Below, in pieces: positions 44,284 through 57,632 of a stretch of 64,000 nt of DNA. The DNA comes from Nemertoderma westbladi (Eukaryota; Animalia; Xenacoelomorpha), in the NCBI GenBank assembly GCA_032718475.1, contig JAUCBJ010006887.1, forward strand, positions 99,515 to 163,514, in the 5' to 3' direction. Below the pieces are notes generated by a model. It saw only the letters and a list, made by a program, of their open reading frames with translations. It had not been told where the DNA came from and ran no database searches. The position numbers and the translations under genes are program-made. Position 1 is the first letter of the stretch; every line of letters begins with the position of its first letter.

Positions 44284-44685
44284 ACCTCATTCGTATTCTA
44301 TTCAGTGCAACGAGGGTAGGTCATCCTCAATGAGAGTATTGGGGGCTGCTCTCGAACGCCCAAGAGTGCTCTACCAACATTCTCGAACCAACATTCTCCA
44401 CCGTATAGCATGGCCGTAACTCTACTCCGACCTCAAACACGTCCGTTTTAAATAAAATGGTAAGGTCCAATGGCACTACTAATTTTTCAGTCGTTAGTGA
44501 ATACCCTGCCGAAGTACACATATCTGCATCTGGTACAATGGTGAATCATAGTTTGATATCACAGTGTATTGTTTAAGTTTTAGTAATAACTATTAACTTA
44601 ACTAAAGGGAAATTCAGAATTGTTGAGGTATCACCTTGGTAAATAATGAGCGCATCTGTTGTTATCCTTGAAAGAACATCCACAA

Positions 44686-44770
44686 CTTGGCGTAATGGTT
44701 TAATCCGTTGTCTTGAATTCGCATCTACATCTAAAGGTCGGGGGTTCGAATCCGAAAGGGGGCCAGGTAA
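44686..44770 (+). mobile_element. tRNA-derived Pol III head (SINE or tRNA pseudogene)
   Basis: A box TGGCGTAATGG and B box GGTTCGAATCC; no convincing cloverleaf. Confidence 0.5.
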
Positions 44771-45034
44771 GTTTTCGATTTGGCAAGAATGCTTTAAAAG
44801 GACTAGGACGACCGCGTAAATTACGTACTAGGTAGAACACAAAAAATCCTAACAGTAAAAAATACAAATTGCAAAAACATTTTTTGTCAATTCAATTATT
44901 ATTGATTGCAGAAATACGATTCGACATGTGTAATAGAATGAGCACGAATCTACGTACACTGTTCACTATTCAGCACTATAAATATTACATAACTAATGAA
45001 TCGAAATAACCACACATTGCATCCACGTTACTTG

Positions 45035-45535
45035 TACACGAACGGGCCTTCGCGCAGCACGCGACATAAACTTAGATACAGTAAGTGTCGATTTGGAAAA
45101 AATTATAAGCAAAATCTAAGCAGATGTCCTCTAATAACTTTACCATCTAGAGGCAGACCGGGTAACTGCAGGCCATTTAAGACCTAACAAAAACATAGTC
45201 TGGGGTCTACAATGTGTGCCATGTATCAATCACGATGAAAGGATTATAAACAATAATACGAAAGGGCTGAAGGTTTTCATTTCAGCCCTCTAGCGGTATA
45301 CTGGAGAACTGCGACGGGAGTTCCATCCCATATAATAGCAGCCAGTATTCTAGTACGTACATGCCAAGATTCAGCATTAAAAAATTCAAATCTAAACAGC
45401 TTTAAATCTGACAAAGTTATTAGCATGTCTAAATGGTAACAACAATAACGACAACAACTATTTGCCATTATCGACCCACCCCGATAACAGTGTCAGTTCG
45501 CCAAGGCTCCACCAACTTCGTGGCTCGCCCCACAA
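45035..45535 (+). mobile_element. Third HINE/DINE-1-like copy
   Basis: TACACGAAC...CTTCGCGCAGCACG start and CCAACTTCGTGGCTCGCCCCACAA end; the 3' half aligns with 36540-36745. Confidence 0.75.
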
Positions 45536-45748
45536 CATATATTTATCAATAATTAATTTATACAAAATAATCACTTTGTATAGTATATTATTATTATATT
45601 ATTGTATATTATTATATTATTAATTTATTAATTAACGTATTCAAATTCTCTAAATGTTCCACATTAGGAATGAAACTGTTTTAATCAATAACTATATTCT
45701 AAAGCACATTACTTGGCTATTGGAATTCTATTAAACACTACAATAAAG

Positions 45749-46932
45749 CTAAGAATCATCTTTATATTTAACTAATAGTTGTTTGCGTTGAACCTGGTCT
45801 CCTGGCTTATACATAACCTTCTCTATAACACCGGATCTCGGGGCACGGATCGTGTGTTCCATCTTCATGGCGATCATTACGACCAGAGGATCACCGATCT
45901 CGACCTGGTCGCCGTCGGAGACCAGCACCTTCTCTACAGTCCCGGCCATCGGGGCCACGGCCGACGAGTCTGTAACGCCTCCAGCGGCGGACTCCTCCTC
46001 GTCCAGGTAACTAGGGGGCGCCACCTCCACCGTGACACACCCCCTGTCGGTGAATATGTGAACCGAATTATCCTGGAAGACAACCTTGGGTTTCCTACGA
46101 ACCCCGTTAATATCGCAGTCTAGGAACCCCTGTGAGTCCAACTCGCCTTCCAACTCGCACCAATCCTCGGCGAGTTTCATTCTAAATTTACCATCTTTTA
46201 AATATTCCACCGAAACTGAAACAATTTCTTTATCGCGAATAAATTTAAAAGTTTCGGTGTGAAAATGATTCAAACGGAATCCTCTTAGAGTAACGAACGG
46301 ATTATATGGATCAGTCGAATGTTCTATTTCCGCTTCTAATTCCTGGTAATTACGAGAAATTAAAGATAAAACCGCGAGAAAAATATGTTCGTCTGTGATT
46401 TTATGAGCGATGTTCTCCAGAAGATTGTCTATATGTTTGGGAATAAAGTCTGTGGAAAGATTCCCGGATTGGAACTCGGGATGGGAGATGATCCCGTGGA
46501 GGAACTCGATGTTCGTCCGGATTCCGACGACTCGGAAACCCCGCAACGCGACGCCCAGTCGACGGATCGCCTCGTCCCGGTCGCGGCCCCAGACTACCAG
46601 CTTGGCGACCATCGGGTCGTAGAACGGGGACACGACGTCGCCCTGTCGGACGCCCGTGTCCACCCGTAGAGACGCCCGGTCGTCGGATTCCGGCGCGTCG
46701 AGGTGCAGCAAGGTCCCCGCGTCCGGGAGGAATCCGGCCGCCGGGTCCTCCGCGTACACGCGGGTCTCCATCGCGTGGCCCCGGAGACGCAGCAATGATT
46801 GCTGCGGAGTCGGCAACGGTTCCCCCGCGGCAACCCGCAATTGCCACTCAACCAGATCCAGTCCGGTTATCATCTCAGTTACCGGATGCTCCACCTGCAG
46901 TCTCGTGTTCATCTCCATAAAATAAAACTCAC
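45749..46932 (-). CDS. MCCC1: MCCC1 exon 2; spliced CDS 2112 nt = 703 aa
   Basis: Acceptor TTCTTCTAG|GT, encoding FYFMEMNTRLQVEHPVTE and YDPMVAKL; biotinyl motif MIAMKMEH. Confidence 0.93.
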
Positions 46933-47216
46933 CTAGAAGAACAATTTATCGCACTCCTTTAGTGATTCTATGTATTATGGGCTGATGTAGGGGTGACTAC
47001 AAAACAAAGACTCAAAGAGTAAAGACCTGTACAAAACATATGTGTTAACTTTCGTTTATTGTTTTGGTTCCCCAGGCAGATATATGCCATACTGTAGTAT
47101 GAAGGAAAAATATCATATAATCGAAAAACAACCGATAATTTAATTTAGATAACGGAAAAGATAATAATTTAACTCCATCCCCCATTATTCAGTTATTAAT
47201 TGCAGCAGCAACTTAC

Positions 47217-48144
47217 CACCGCTATCCATAATGAATTCCACAGTGCCGGCTCCCAGATATCCGACAGCCCGTGCCGCGGTTACCGCAGTCTGCCCGAGTC
47301 TCTCCCGGGTCGACGCATCCAACCCCGGGGCCGGAGCTTCCTCGATCACCTTCTGATGCCGTCGCTGCACGCTGCAATCCCGCTCAAACAAATACACGCA
47401 GTTCCCATGGAGATCAGCGAACACCTGTACCTCAACGTGTCGCGGCCTCTCCAGGTACTTCTCCACTATCATGGCGTCGTCTCCGAAGGCTTTACGACTC
47501 TCGTTCCTCGCCGATTCCAGTTGCGACATAAACTCCTCCTCTCCGTCGACTATCCGCATGCCCTTCCCCCCACCACCGCGCACCGCTTTCAGCAAAACGG
47601 GGTACCCGATACTAGCGGACTCGCGTAGCAGACGCTCATCCGATTGGTCGTCCCCATGGTAGCCTTGGACTACTGGGACTCCCGCCTCGGTCATTATACG
47701 TTTCGAGGTGTCTTTCATCCCCATATCCCGGATCGCCGAACTGGGAGGTCCTACGAAGATGAAACCGTCCCGAGAACAACGATCCGCGAATTCCGCGTTC
47801 TCCGAGAGGAACCCGTAACCGGGATGGATAGCATCGGTACCCGTTGCCGTAGCGACCGATAGGATAGCCTCCTGGTTGAGGTAACTGAGTTGTGAGGCGG
47901 CCGGTCCCACGCAGTGTGCCTCTGTCGCCATGGATACGTGCATTGCGTTGCGGTCGGGTTCGCTGTAGACCGCGACCGTTTCTATTCCCATCGCCCGAGC
48001 CGTGCGGATTACCCGGCAGGCGATCTCTCCCCGATTCGCGATTAGTAGGCGGTTTATACGGCGGTTGACCGGGGCTGCCGCATCCGCCGCAGTGGAACGG
48101 AACCGCACCGAAATACGTTGCACTTTGAAAGCAGCCCGCCACAT
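47217..48144 (-). CDS. MCCC1: Methylcrotonoyl-CoA carboxylase alpha subunit, exon 1 of 2
   Basis: Mitochondrial-type presequence, then [35 protein letters not shown] and [20 protein letters not shown]. Donor G|GTAAGT, phase 1. Confidence 0.93.
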
Positions 48145-48476
48145 TTTGAAATATATACCTGTATACTGTAGGCTTTATAGCTGTATGTATAATGTATACT
48201 GCTGTAAACTGTGTATACTGCAGTACTGGTATTGGTATATGTCCTAATCCAGTAGGCCTAATTACTGAATTAGCTACAAATTCCGGGTATAACTTTGGCG
48301 TTGAGATAAACACACCAGTTTATTAGGCTATCTTATGATGGCCTTCTCTTTACTCTTTGCATTTGCACTTACAGGCAGTCTTCTCCTTCTCTCTTCCCCC
48401 TCATACTAGCACAGCATACATACATAGCCAACTTCCAACTTCCAATAAATAAATTTTTCAGGTTAGTTAGTTAGAC

Positions 48477-49766
48477 CTGGGGCGGTATTCATAGAGTTAG
48501 TATTAGTTACAGCTACTTAGTGACAGCTTTTAGTAAGAGCTGCAACTAAGTTTAGTAAGAGCTATCTGTTACTAAAAACAACTGATTTTAGTAAGAGCAT
48601 TGACTTAACTTAGTTTCAACTAGCCCTTAAAAAATATCAGTATTCACAAACTGTTACTAAACTTAGTTCTAGCCTATTAGTACCAGTGCCGGTACTTTAA
48701 CTTATATTTATCAAAAAGCTTTCAGTTTCAACTTAAGGACGGTAGCTATGCCCTGCATGTCTCTATGTTTACTGTTTTACTAGTATTGGTTGCCTACATT
48801 AAACCCATTAATTTTATTGGTCACTAAAACAATTCCTGTTTTCCAGTAAATTTTTTTCGTTATCAAATATATATTTCCACAAATACATTCCCATATATAT
48901 ATATATATTATCACTAAAATATATTTTTGAATCATCAAAAAGAAATCTGTTATGGCCTGTTCTAATAAAATCCCTTCATTATTTAGGTTAGAATAACGTG
49001 GCACTGTAACCTGCCCTTTCCCACATTTTAGCAATAATTTATAATAAATAGATTTAATGTTAATTATTCGATTTTAGTGGAAACTGACTATTTTAGCTAT
49101 TTCCTGTAAAAAATTTAGTGAAAAATTATTATTTTTAGTAAGGTGATAAATCAATTAGCTACCATTATCGAATACCATTATTTACATTCGGTAATAGAGA
49201 GGAAAATAATGAAGTGGAAACGCTGCCGCTTTTTCATCTTGCGAAAGTTTGCGAATGGTAGAATTCTTTAGCGAAACACATTTTTCAACGGACGCGGACC
49301 GTTCGGGAGCAATCTCACCATTCAAGAATGTACGCTGATATTTGGAAATTTAAGTCGGATATATGTTTAAAAAACAAAAAGCTTTATGTCGTTACATTTG
49401 ACAGTTTCTCTGCAATGCATTTGCAATGAACACAAAATACTAGAAAAACAAGATAAAGTATAATGTGGACAGAGTCGTCATTAAATAATAACCATACTGT
49501 ATGTATGAAGGCCAACATAGAATAAGTAAGCGTTCTTACCAACTTAGTCACATCTTCATGTGACTAGAAATTTAAGTTACAGCTAATACTAACTTAAGTA
49601 AGACTAAATTCTATGAATACGAGTTTAGCAACAACTAGTAAGTACTAAATACGTTAGTAATAAGTCGCACCAACTTCTCTGAATACCGAATTAGTACAAG
49701 CACTTACTAACTTGATGTGACTAGGACTAAGTTCCTAGTTAGTCACATTTAAGAATACCGCCCCAG
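48477..49766. mobile_element. Non-autonomous DNA transposon, PIF/Harbinger-like termini
   Basis: CTGGGGCGGTATTC ... GAATACCGCCCCAG terminal inverted repeats, with subterminal TTAGTAA/TTACTAA repeats. Confidence 0.75.
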
Positions 49767-50264
49767 ATCAATTGTATCATGTACCCAATTTATTTACTCA
49801 ATTTTATATATTTATATATCGTTGCCTGATGAATCTATTATTTATAGGCAGTGATTTTTTATGTCCTTTTATTTGACTTTTTTGTCCTCCTTTTTTTACG
49901 AATTGTGCATAATGACTTTTGTTGTCCTTTTAATGACTTTTATTGTCCTTTTAATGACTTTTTATGTATGTATTTCTTCAAACTGTCAGACTGCTGATTT
50001 CTGGACTGTCAGACAGTTGATTTCAACATGCCTATGTCAAAACATTCAAAATTTGTTGATTTCTGGTCTGTTAGACAGTTGTTTTCACTATGCCTGTGCC
50101 AAAAAACATTCCATGATTCCATGATTTATAGACTATGAGATAGAATTCCATATGCGCCTGTGGTAAAAGACTCTAAATTTAATAGTTTGTGGTTGTTGTC
50201 GATAATCGATTACCACATGACGTAGCAAAACACTCATTTTATAGCCAAAAACAATTACCAATTG

Positions 50265-50860
50265 ATGGAAAGGAGCAGGTTAAGGCCGGATTTTCTAACC
50301 AAAACAATAAACAGCCACTTTACCAAATCAGGGAAAGGAGCAGGTTACAGAGGCGGGATTTTCTAACCAAAACAATAAACGATCATTTAACTAATTTAGG
50401 GAAAGGAGCAGGTTACAGAGACGGGATTTTCTAACCAAAACAATAAACGATAACATTACCAATTGAGAGAAAGGAGCAGGTTACAGATGCGGGATTTTCT
50501 AAACAAAACAATAAACAGTCACTTTACCAAATCAGGAAAAGGAGCAGGTTACAGAGACGGGATTTTCTAACCAAAACAATATAAACGATAACATTACCAA
50601 TTGAGAGAAAGGAGCAGGTTACAGAGGCGGGATTTCCTAACCAAAACAATAAACGATCACTTAATTAATTGAGGGAAAGGGGCAGGTTACAGAGGCGGGA
50701 TTTTCTAACCAAAACAATAAACAGTCACTTTGCAAAATGAAGGAAAGGATGAGCAGGTTACAGAGGCGGGCCTTTCTAACCAAAACAATAAACGGTCACT
50801 TTACCAAATCAGGCAAAGGAGCAGGTTACAGATGAGGCGGGATTTTCTAACCAAAACAAC
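50265..50860. repeat. ~60-bp tandem array, ~10 copies (AAAGGAGCAGGTTACAGAGGCGGGATTTTCTAACCAAAACAATAAAC plus a variable linker)
   Basis: Directly visible. Related monomers are dispersed at ~19820, 20340, 24595-24785, 27345, 30660, 40330-40460 and 48990. Confidence 0.93.
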
Positions 50861-51284
50861 CGGTCAGCCGGTAGGCCTACCAGTACCGTATTTAAATGGT
50901 AGGCTACGCAGTAGGCCTACAGCAGTACCGGTGCCGGTACCGGTACTAAAAATACAGAAATGCCTGCTTTATACCTACATCTGTACATACAATACAGCAA
51001 AATAGTGCTATATACAGTATACTAATACCGGTACTGATAGCCTGAGAGAACAGCAGTAGAGAAACCGGTAGCATGGAACGTAACATTAGATTTTTGGAGG
51101 ACATAAAAAATAAAAAAAAGGACAAAAAAAGGATTTAAACGGACAATAAAAATTATTGCGTTATTTATATACCGTTTAAATGTTTACTTACTACCTCAGT
51201 GTTTCATATTTATAGCCTTAGGAATTTACAATACTACTACTACTTATAGGATCGGCATGCTGCTTTGCAGCTGCATTTTTAAGA

Positions 51285-52960
51285 ATGCTGTGCCGGCTTG
51301 TCGACAAAATTTCGCCGCCACAACTATGTATCTATCACCCATGAGTCATGACATTTGCTAGATCATCCGCATATCCAAAGCCAGTGTCCTTTAAGATGCG
51401 TCTCAAGAAAGTCATGGGCTGCTTGTCGACCATGCTTATTCACTTATGCACTGGCTGGTCCTCACAGCGAAAGCAATGTCCTGCAAAGCGGGGGCGACTT
51501 TGTTGTAGTATCAAGCTTGGGGGAACCAATGAGATGATGTTATATAGTGTCTGGTTGGAGATGTGTACATTGTACTTGACACAATGAACCCGTCGTGGCA
51601 TCAGCCGTGTCCTCAGCAGTTAGAGCCCAGCATGGACTCCCATAAAGGAGTCCTGGAACTACTGCTGCTCTAAATAATCTGACCTTAAGTTTCCGATTAA
51701 TTCTCTGCGCTTCCAAATCCTGGAAAGCCTATTCAAGGCTGCCCATGCCTTTCCTTACGTATTCGAAGGTCCTCACCCGACTTCCGGATCCATGATCCCA
51801 GGCAACAGAAGTCGTTCACATGCTCAAGCATACCATTTGAGCTTATGCTCATCCGGTCAGAGACTTGCTGAGGACCTTCAAAGTTAAGTTAGTTTTAGTT
51901 AAGTAAGTAAGTTTAAGTTAGTTAGTTTTTGTCTTTTTGGAGTTAATAAAAAGATCAACACTAGAAGCAGCCTGTTCTAATGAGCTGAGGAGCCGTTGGG
52001 CTCCCTCTAGTGATTCTGAGAGTACTCCTAAGTCATCAGCAAAGTCTAGATCAGTTAAGTACTTGGCAGGATTTCCTCGACTTCTGGAGCCAATAGGTGG
52101 AGTTACCATCACCCCATCATCATTATGATGATCTAAGGACATGCGTAGAACATAGTCAACCACAATTATGAGCAAGAATGGCGCAAGTGTATCTTCTTGG
52201 AGGACTCCCCATAATACTTCAAATGGTTCTGTGTCACCATCAACAGTAGACACATATGTCGAACCATCGTATACTGATCTGATTGCTGCAATAATTTCAT
52301 CAGGAATCCCATATAATGAAAGTATGCTGAACATACGTGAGCGAGAGATTGAATCAAAGGGCCTTGAAGAAGTCAACAAAGATACAGTAACAGCCAGATG
52401 CCTGTCTTTCTTTTTTGATAACTCTTAAATTATCCTTCTAAGTGCCAAAATGGGCTCCATGGTCCCACGACCTTTACGGAACCCATTCTGATTTCCACGG
52501 AGCAGTCTCTCAATGGGATCCCTGATGCGATTTAATAGAATCCTATTGTATAGCTTTGCAGCAATCGAGATTAATGAGATTCCCCGAAAAGAACCATAGA
52601 AGTGTTAGGTTGCCCTTCTTGGGAACTGGCACCAACTTATTTGTTTTCATGTCTTGTGGGACTCTTGTTGTTCTGTACATGTCTACTATGATGGGATAGA
52701 TGAGCTTTAATCACTTGGGTATTTTAAAGACCTCAGGGGGAACACCATATACTCCACTGGCACGATTGGTCTTAATGCTCTTTGCAGCAGCCTTCACTTC
52801 TGCAGAGGAGATATCGCCAATGGGAATATCTGGGAGTACAGACTCAGACACTTTTATTTCTATAAAGTTATCAGGCAATACCCTGTCATTATTGAGGAGC
52901 TTTTCAAAGTGGGCCTTCCAACCATTGAGGCGATCGGCTGGTGATTCAGTCTATCAGTCT
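51285..52960 (-). mobile_element. RTE-like non-LTR retrotransposon, 5'-truncated and degenerate
   Basis: FDSISR, GVLQEDTLAPFLLIIVVDYVL, YLTDLDFADDL and INSKKTK RT motifs; multiple stops and frameshifts. Confidence 0.9.
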
Positions 52961-53743
52961 ATGATGAGATTTCAAGGCAAAGTATTAAACCACTAAGCCA
53001 AGGTTGGACCTACCACTACTGATAGCAGGGATGACTGATGTTATGCTTATGACATCACCAAGTGCCGAGCTGGCACATGTAGTAGTGTATTACTCACTTA
53101 TACAATTATTGCATAACTGGTAATTACTACAGTATAACTTCATTATATCGCTCTTATTCGCTCATATGTAATAATAATAAAACTGTATTAGTGCTACTCT
53201 GAATAAATGATAATGCACAGCCGTTAGTTTGTGTGAGCAAACATTGCAGTTTGATAATATATTTCTTGGCCTATTATTCCTATTTTTAATTTAATGTATT
53301 GAATTTAAGTATTAAAATCAAGAAACCTATTCCTGGGGCGTGGGCATGACAACACACTTTTATGATTAGAAGCCTAAATGCTGAAATGACTTAATGTTTA
53401 TCTTAATTTTTCCAATATTTAATTTTATCTAGGATTAATTCTACAAAAAATTAAACCCTGATTTCCTGCTACTTGTTTATCAAAAGTAAAAATATTCGCG
53501 AAATTAAGATTCTCTGGTAAGGGTAGTGAAATGGTAGTGGGGTGACGAGATTTTGAGTACCTAACTGCTTATCTGCTTCACAAAACTGCAATTTTTGAAT
53601 TTATATTTTCATTTCATTTTGTACAATCTGACAATCAGCTCAGCAATATACATGCATCTTGCGGTCTTCTGGCATTGAACAGTTGAATGAATACCGGTAC
53701 AGTCAGACCGTGCAGTGAAATTTCCTGAATTTGTGTTAAAGTG

Positions 53744-54917
53744 GGGTAAATCTTTTCGACCTACGCGTAGGCCTACGCGTAGGTACGCGTAGCTACGCGT
53801 AGCTACGCGTAGTTCGCAACATTGGGTCATATATCACCAGTTTCAGAGTTTTAACAATAACTACGCGTGGGTGCTACGCGTAGCTACGCGTAGGTGCTAC
53901 GCGTAGGTCCTACGCGACCTACGCATAGGTGCTACCCATAACTATGCCTATACGTCGTTTATCATTAGTAGGCTTACGTATTCCAAGCGAGTCAGTACTA
54001 AAATAAGACACAATACGGTATGTTCAATAAACAACCCACAACCATCAAATGCTTTCAACAGTAATGTATCCTATACCTGTATACTCTATATAGAGGAATA
54101 CGCGAAGACTACATATTCTTTACTTCATGCGTTGCGGGCGGTAAAATGTGTTAATAATTAATGTTTAAAGTTCAAAAATAGTTTACAAAGGAAATAGGCC
54201 GATGGTTCTTATCGATTCTCTATGCTTTTTATTGCCTTTGTTCACGATAGGGCAAGGATATACTGTATTTAATATGTTAACCCCTTGACAAGGGAAGGGG
54301 GAGACTAATTAGTCTACCATGATTGGTTGCACTTGTTATTTGACCAAACAATTTGATTATATGCAGTATTTATCAGCTTTCGCTTAACCTCTTCACCGGT
54401 AGACTGGTCGCTTTATTTACTACTGTTCAATATTTAAATAATCTAATGAAAACAAAGATACTTGAATCATGAGACGTGAATTTTAAGTTTACTTTTTATT
54501 CATCCTCTGTGTTTGTATGTGAAAGAGCCGAATATTATTTATTACCAGTGACCAGTGCTGTATGTAGAGATACGAGTTTCCGCTTCTGTTATTACATTTG
54601 TCTGATAATCAGATACCTGACATATACCGATACTTGCCTAACAACGCAACCCTACCGGACCTGAAATGAAAAATCATTGTTATCAGGACTTCTACGCGTA
54701 GCACCTACGCGTAGCTACGCGTAGCACCTACGCGTAGTTGCAAAATACCTACGCGTAGTTCCAAAATAACTACGCGTAGTTTTAAACACCTACGCGTAGT
54801 TGTTAAAAAGGCAGTAAGTCTGGCCCTACCGGTAAATGACAGGAATGGAAGTTACAAACTACGCGTAGCTACGCGTAGCTACGCGTAGGCCTACGCGTAG
54901 GTCGAAAAGATTTACCC
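53744..54917. mobile_element. Non-autonomous DNA transposon with an 8-bp TSD (TTAAAGTG), Merlin-like
   Basis: TIR GGGTAAATCTTTTCGACCTACGCGTAGGCCTACGCGTAG at both ends. Identical TTAAAGTG at 53736-53743 and 54918-54925. Many CTACGCGTAG subterminal repeats. Confidence 0.85.
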
Positions 54918-56056
54918 TTAAAGTGGCCCGCCTCGCAGCCTCGCCTATAATCCTGTAGTCAGATACCGGTACTGAGATAAACATGGTGTTGTCGCCGTGG
55001 ATCCTTTGTATACAAAATCAATCTACGATTAGGATTACAGAATCTGAAAATGTAAATGGTCTCTGCTGAGCTGAAGTACCGTACCGTATCGTGTATCGTA
55101 TCACAGGACAGCGTTGGTTAGACAGAGGACCGGGCAGCGCAGCCGAGCCGGGTGCCTGTGCGGCTGTGCCTGGCCATTTCCGGGTACAGTCACGTTTCGG
55201 GTACCTACAGTAAGATATCCGCAATGTATTATTCCTTTATTTAGATTATTATATATATATGTCAAATACAAACATATTCCTAAACAATTTATTATGAATC
55301 TATCACTTCCCACGCTCACAGCCTCTAAAGGAAATTGTAAATATGATATAAATCAAATGCAACTAAAAGTATATTAAAATAATAGGCAAACAAATAATAA
55401 AATAGAACAGAATAAAAAAATCACCAATATATATGTCAATCACAAAAATAGTAACACACTGACATTCATGATACTAAATCAAAATATAGGATTTCTTGCA
55501 ATAATATACTTATGTGACTTATAGGCCTATATTATAGGTATATTACCTATGTAAATACTAGTGGAAGCAGCAGCCATATCACATGATCTGAAGGTAACCC
55601 GAGTAATTGGCCTCCTATTTGCTGAAAACGTAAGGTCATCCTAATAAAGTTAACAGAAAATATGGAGGCCTGTTTTGCACTGCCATTTTAGGCAGTGCAT
55701 GTTTTGGACTAACAATTTTTAATGTGAAATATCTCTGAAACCCAACCATGAAACTCTACCGAATTTTGAATTTACCTCCAATATATATCATATTTTCATC
55801 CAATTAAATAAAAATGGGGCCCTTCCAGCAGGAAGTGTATACAAATTGACATTTTATACAAAATTTAGGGTAAAACTGCCTAATATGGCAGTGCAATTTT
55901 CAAAAATGGCAGTGCGCCTGTGCTGCCATTTCGGGCATGTGTTCCCTACTGTATTATGGGTATATCACATCACAGTATCAGTATATTTGGTGTATTATTT
56001 TGGTTAGGGTTAGTTCAGTAGTTGGTCAGGCCTTACTGCTGTCAGGCTGTACTGCC

Positions 56057-56200
56057 TTAAACCTATTGAAAACTGTCATGTAACCCTACTGCCCTAACCA
56101 TATGACTGTATGATATGTCACAATATAAGAAATTTAGCGGAATTTTAGGGTTAGGGTCTGAGGGTTACATCTGTACATGACAGTTTTCATTAAGGTTTAG
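56057..56200. repeat. Small inverted-repeat (MITE-like) element
   Basis: TAAACCTATTGAAAACTGTCATGTA vs TACATGACAGTTTTCATTAAGGTTTA. Confidence 0.6.
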
Positions 56201-56356
56201 CTCTTTAGTCCGCCACTGTAAATACTACTGTATTTTATATTGAATTTGAAGGTACCCCAACACACCCAACAGCCAACAGCCCAATCGTAACATTCCCCAT
56301 TTCCGGATTTCAGTTTTAGTTCAGTAGCCCTACCGGCTACCTGTTTCAGTAGACCT

Positions 56357-56996
56357 ACCGGTGTAGCAGAGAATTTCCACACCGCTAAAAATTAACCCCC
56401 GGGTTAGAATTCACTAGTGTTCAGAGTGTATTTTCACCCCCCCCCCCTGTATGGAATCCATCCAAAAAGTGCGCCGGATAGCGCGCCGACCAATTTTTAT
56501 GCGCGCCGCGCGCCGATGCCATTTCGAAGAAAAACCCTCAGACCGTGCGCCGCCTAAATTTTTAAGCACGCCGATGCAATTTCGAAGAAACCCCACGCCA
56601 ACTAAATCTTTAAGCGCGCGACACATTGAAACAATTTTGAAGAGCGCCACGCCAATCAGCCAATGCAAATTCAATTTTGAGGGAGTGTAACCAATCTGTC
56701 AATGTAAACAGTGTTAAACTGTTAAACAGCGTTAAACAATGTTAAACAGCTAATGCAATTTTTAAGGCACTTCCATAGCCTAATTGTTAAACCTGTAAAC
56801 TAACAAATCGGCGCCGGTTTTTATTTTTGGGAGCGCCACGTGCCAAAGCCGGCGCGCTTTACGATTTTCGAGCGCGCCACGCGCCAAAGTCGGCGCGCTT
56901 TACGATTTTCGAGCGCGCCACGCGCCACATTGGCGCGCTTTTATTGCAAAGTGCGCCGGTTTAATCCGGCGCAAAGTGTACTGTATGGATTCCAGT

Positions 56997-57031
<35 letters not shown>

Positions 57032-57632
57032 TAGAATTCACTACGCTGTCAGGGTAGCCTATTTTAACCGGGTGTGAAAATACTCTGTGTGATTTTTTAG
57101 TGAAATTTAACCCCCCTCAGTGTATTCTTACCCCATTGATATTTTAAATTTCAATATAATTTAAATTTGATATAGCCTGCCCTGCAGTGCTACAGTTTAG
57201 ACCACGGGCTGACGGGTGACGGATACCTACCCAGTACCCACAGTAGATACCTCTAGTATGTAGTACCAGTACACAGACAAACACACGTTGGAGATTTGTA
57301 TATATAGTACTGTAGTAAATAAGGCCTACTGTAGAAGATACAAAAAAAAATACACCGGGAGTAAGAATACACTAGAGAAATTCAACCGGGGAGGGATTTG
57401 CTCAGAATGAACATTGATAAATGCAGGCAGGCAGGGGTGAGTTTTCACTGGCTGACTGGACACTGGAGGCTGGGAGAAGGAAATACATAGATAAATATAT
57501 AAAATAAAATAGATAAAATAAAATACACAGATAGGGAGGAAAATACATCCCGGGAGTGAGAATACACTACCCAGGGAATGTTAACCGGGGTGTGATTTTG
57601 CATGGGGCGTGAAAATTCTCTGTTACATCAGT
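56357..57632. mobile_element. TA-flanked MITE containing a second, GC-rich MITE (~56452-56994)
   Basis: Outer TIR CCGGTGTAGCAGAGAATTTCCACACC vs GGCGTGAAAATTCTCTGTTACATCAG. Inner TIR TGGAATCCAT vs ATGGATTCCA, between poly-C runs, with GCGCGCC repeats. Confidence 0.7.

Noticed and set aside
50265-50860. CRISPR-like repeat-spacer appearance
   Set aside because: The linkers are short, related to each other and recurrent; the context is eukaryotic and there are no cas genes.
56002-56166. Telomeric TTAGGG seed
   Set aside because: Only two or three scattered units, associated with a small inverted-repeat element.
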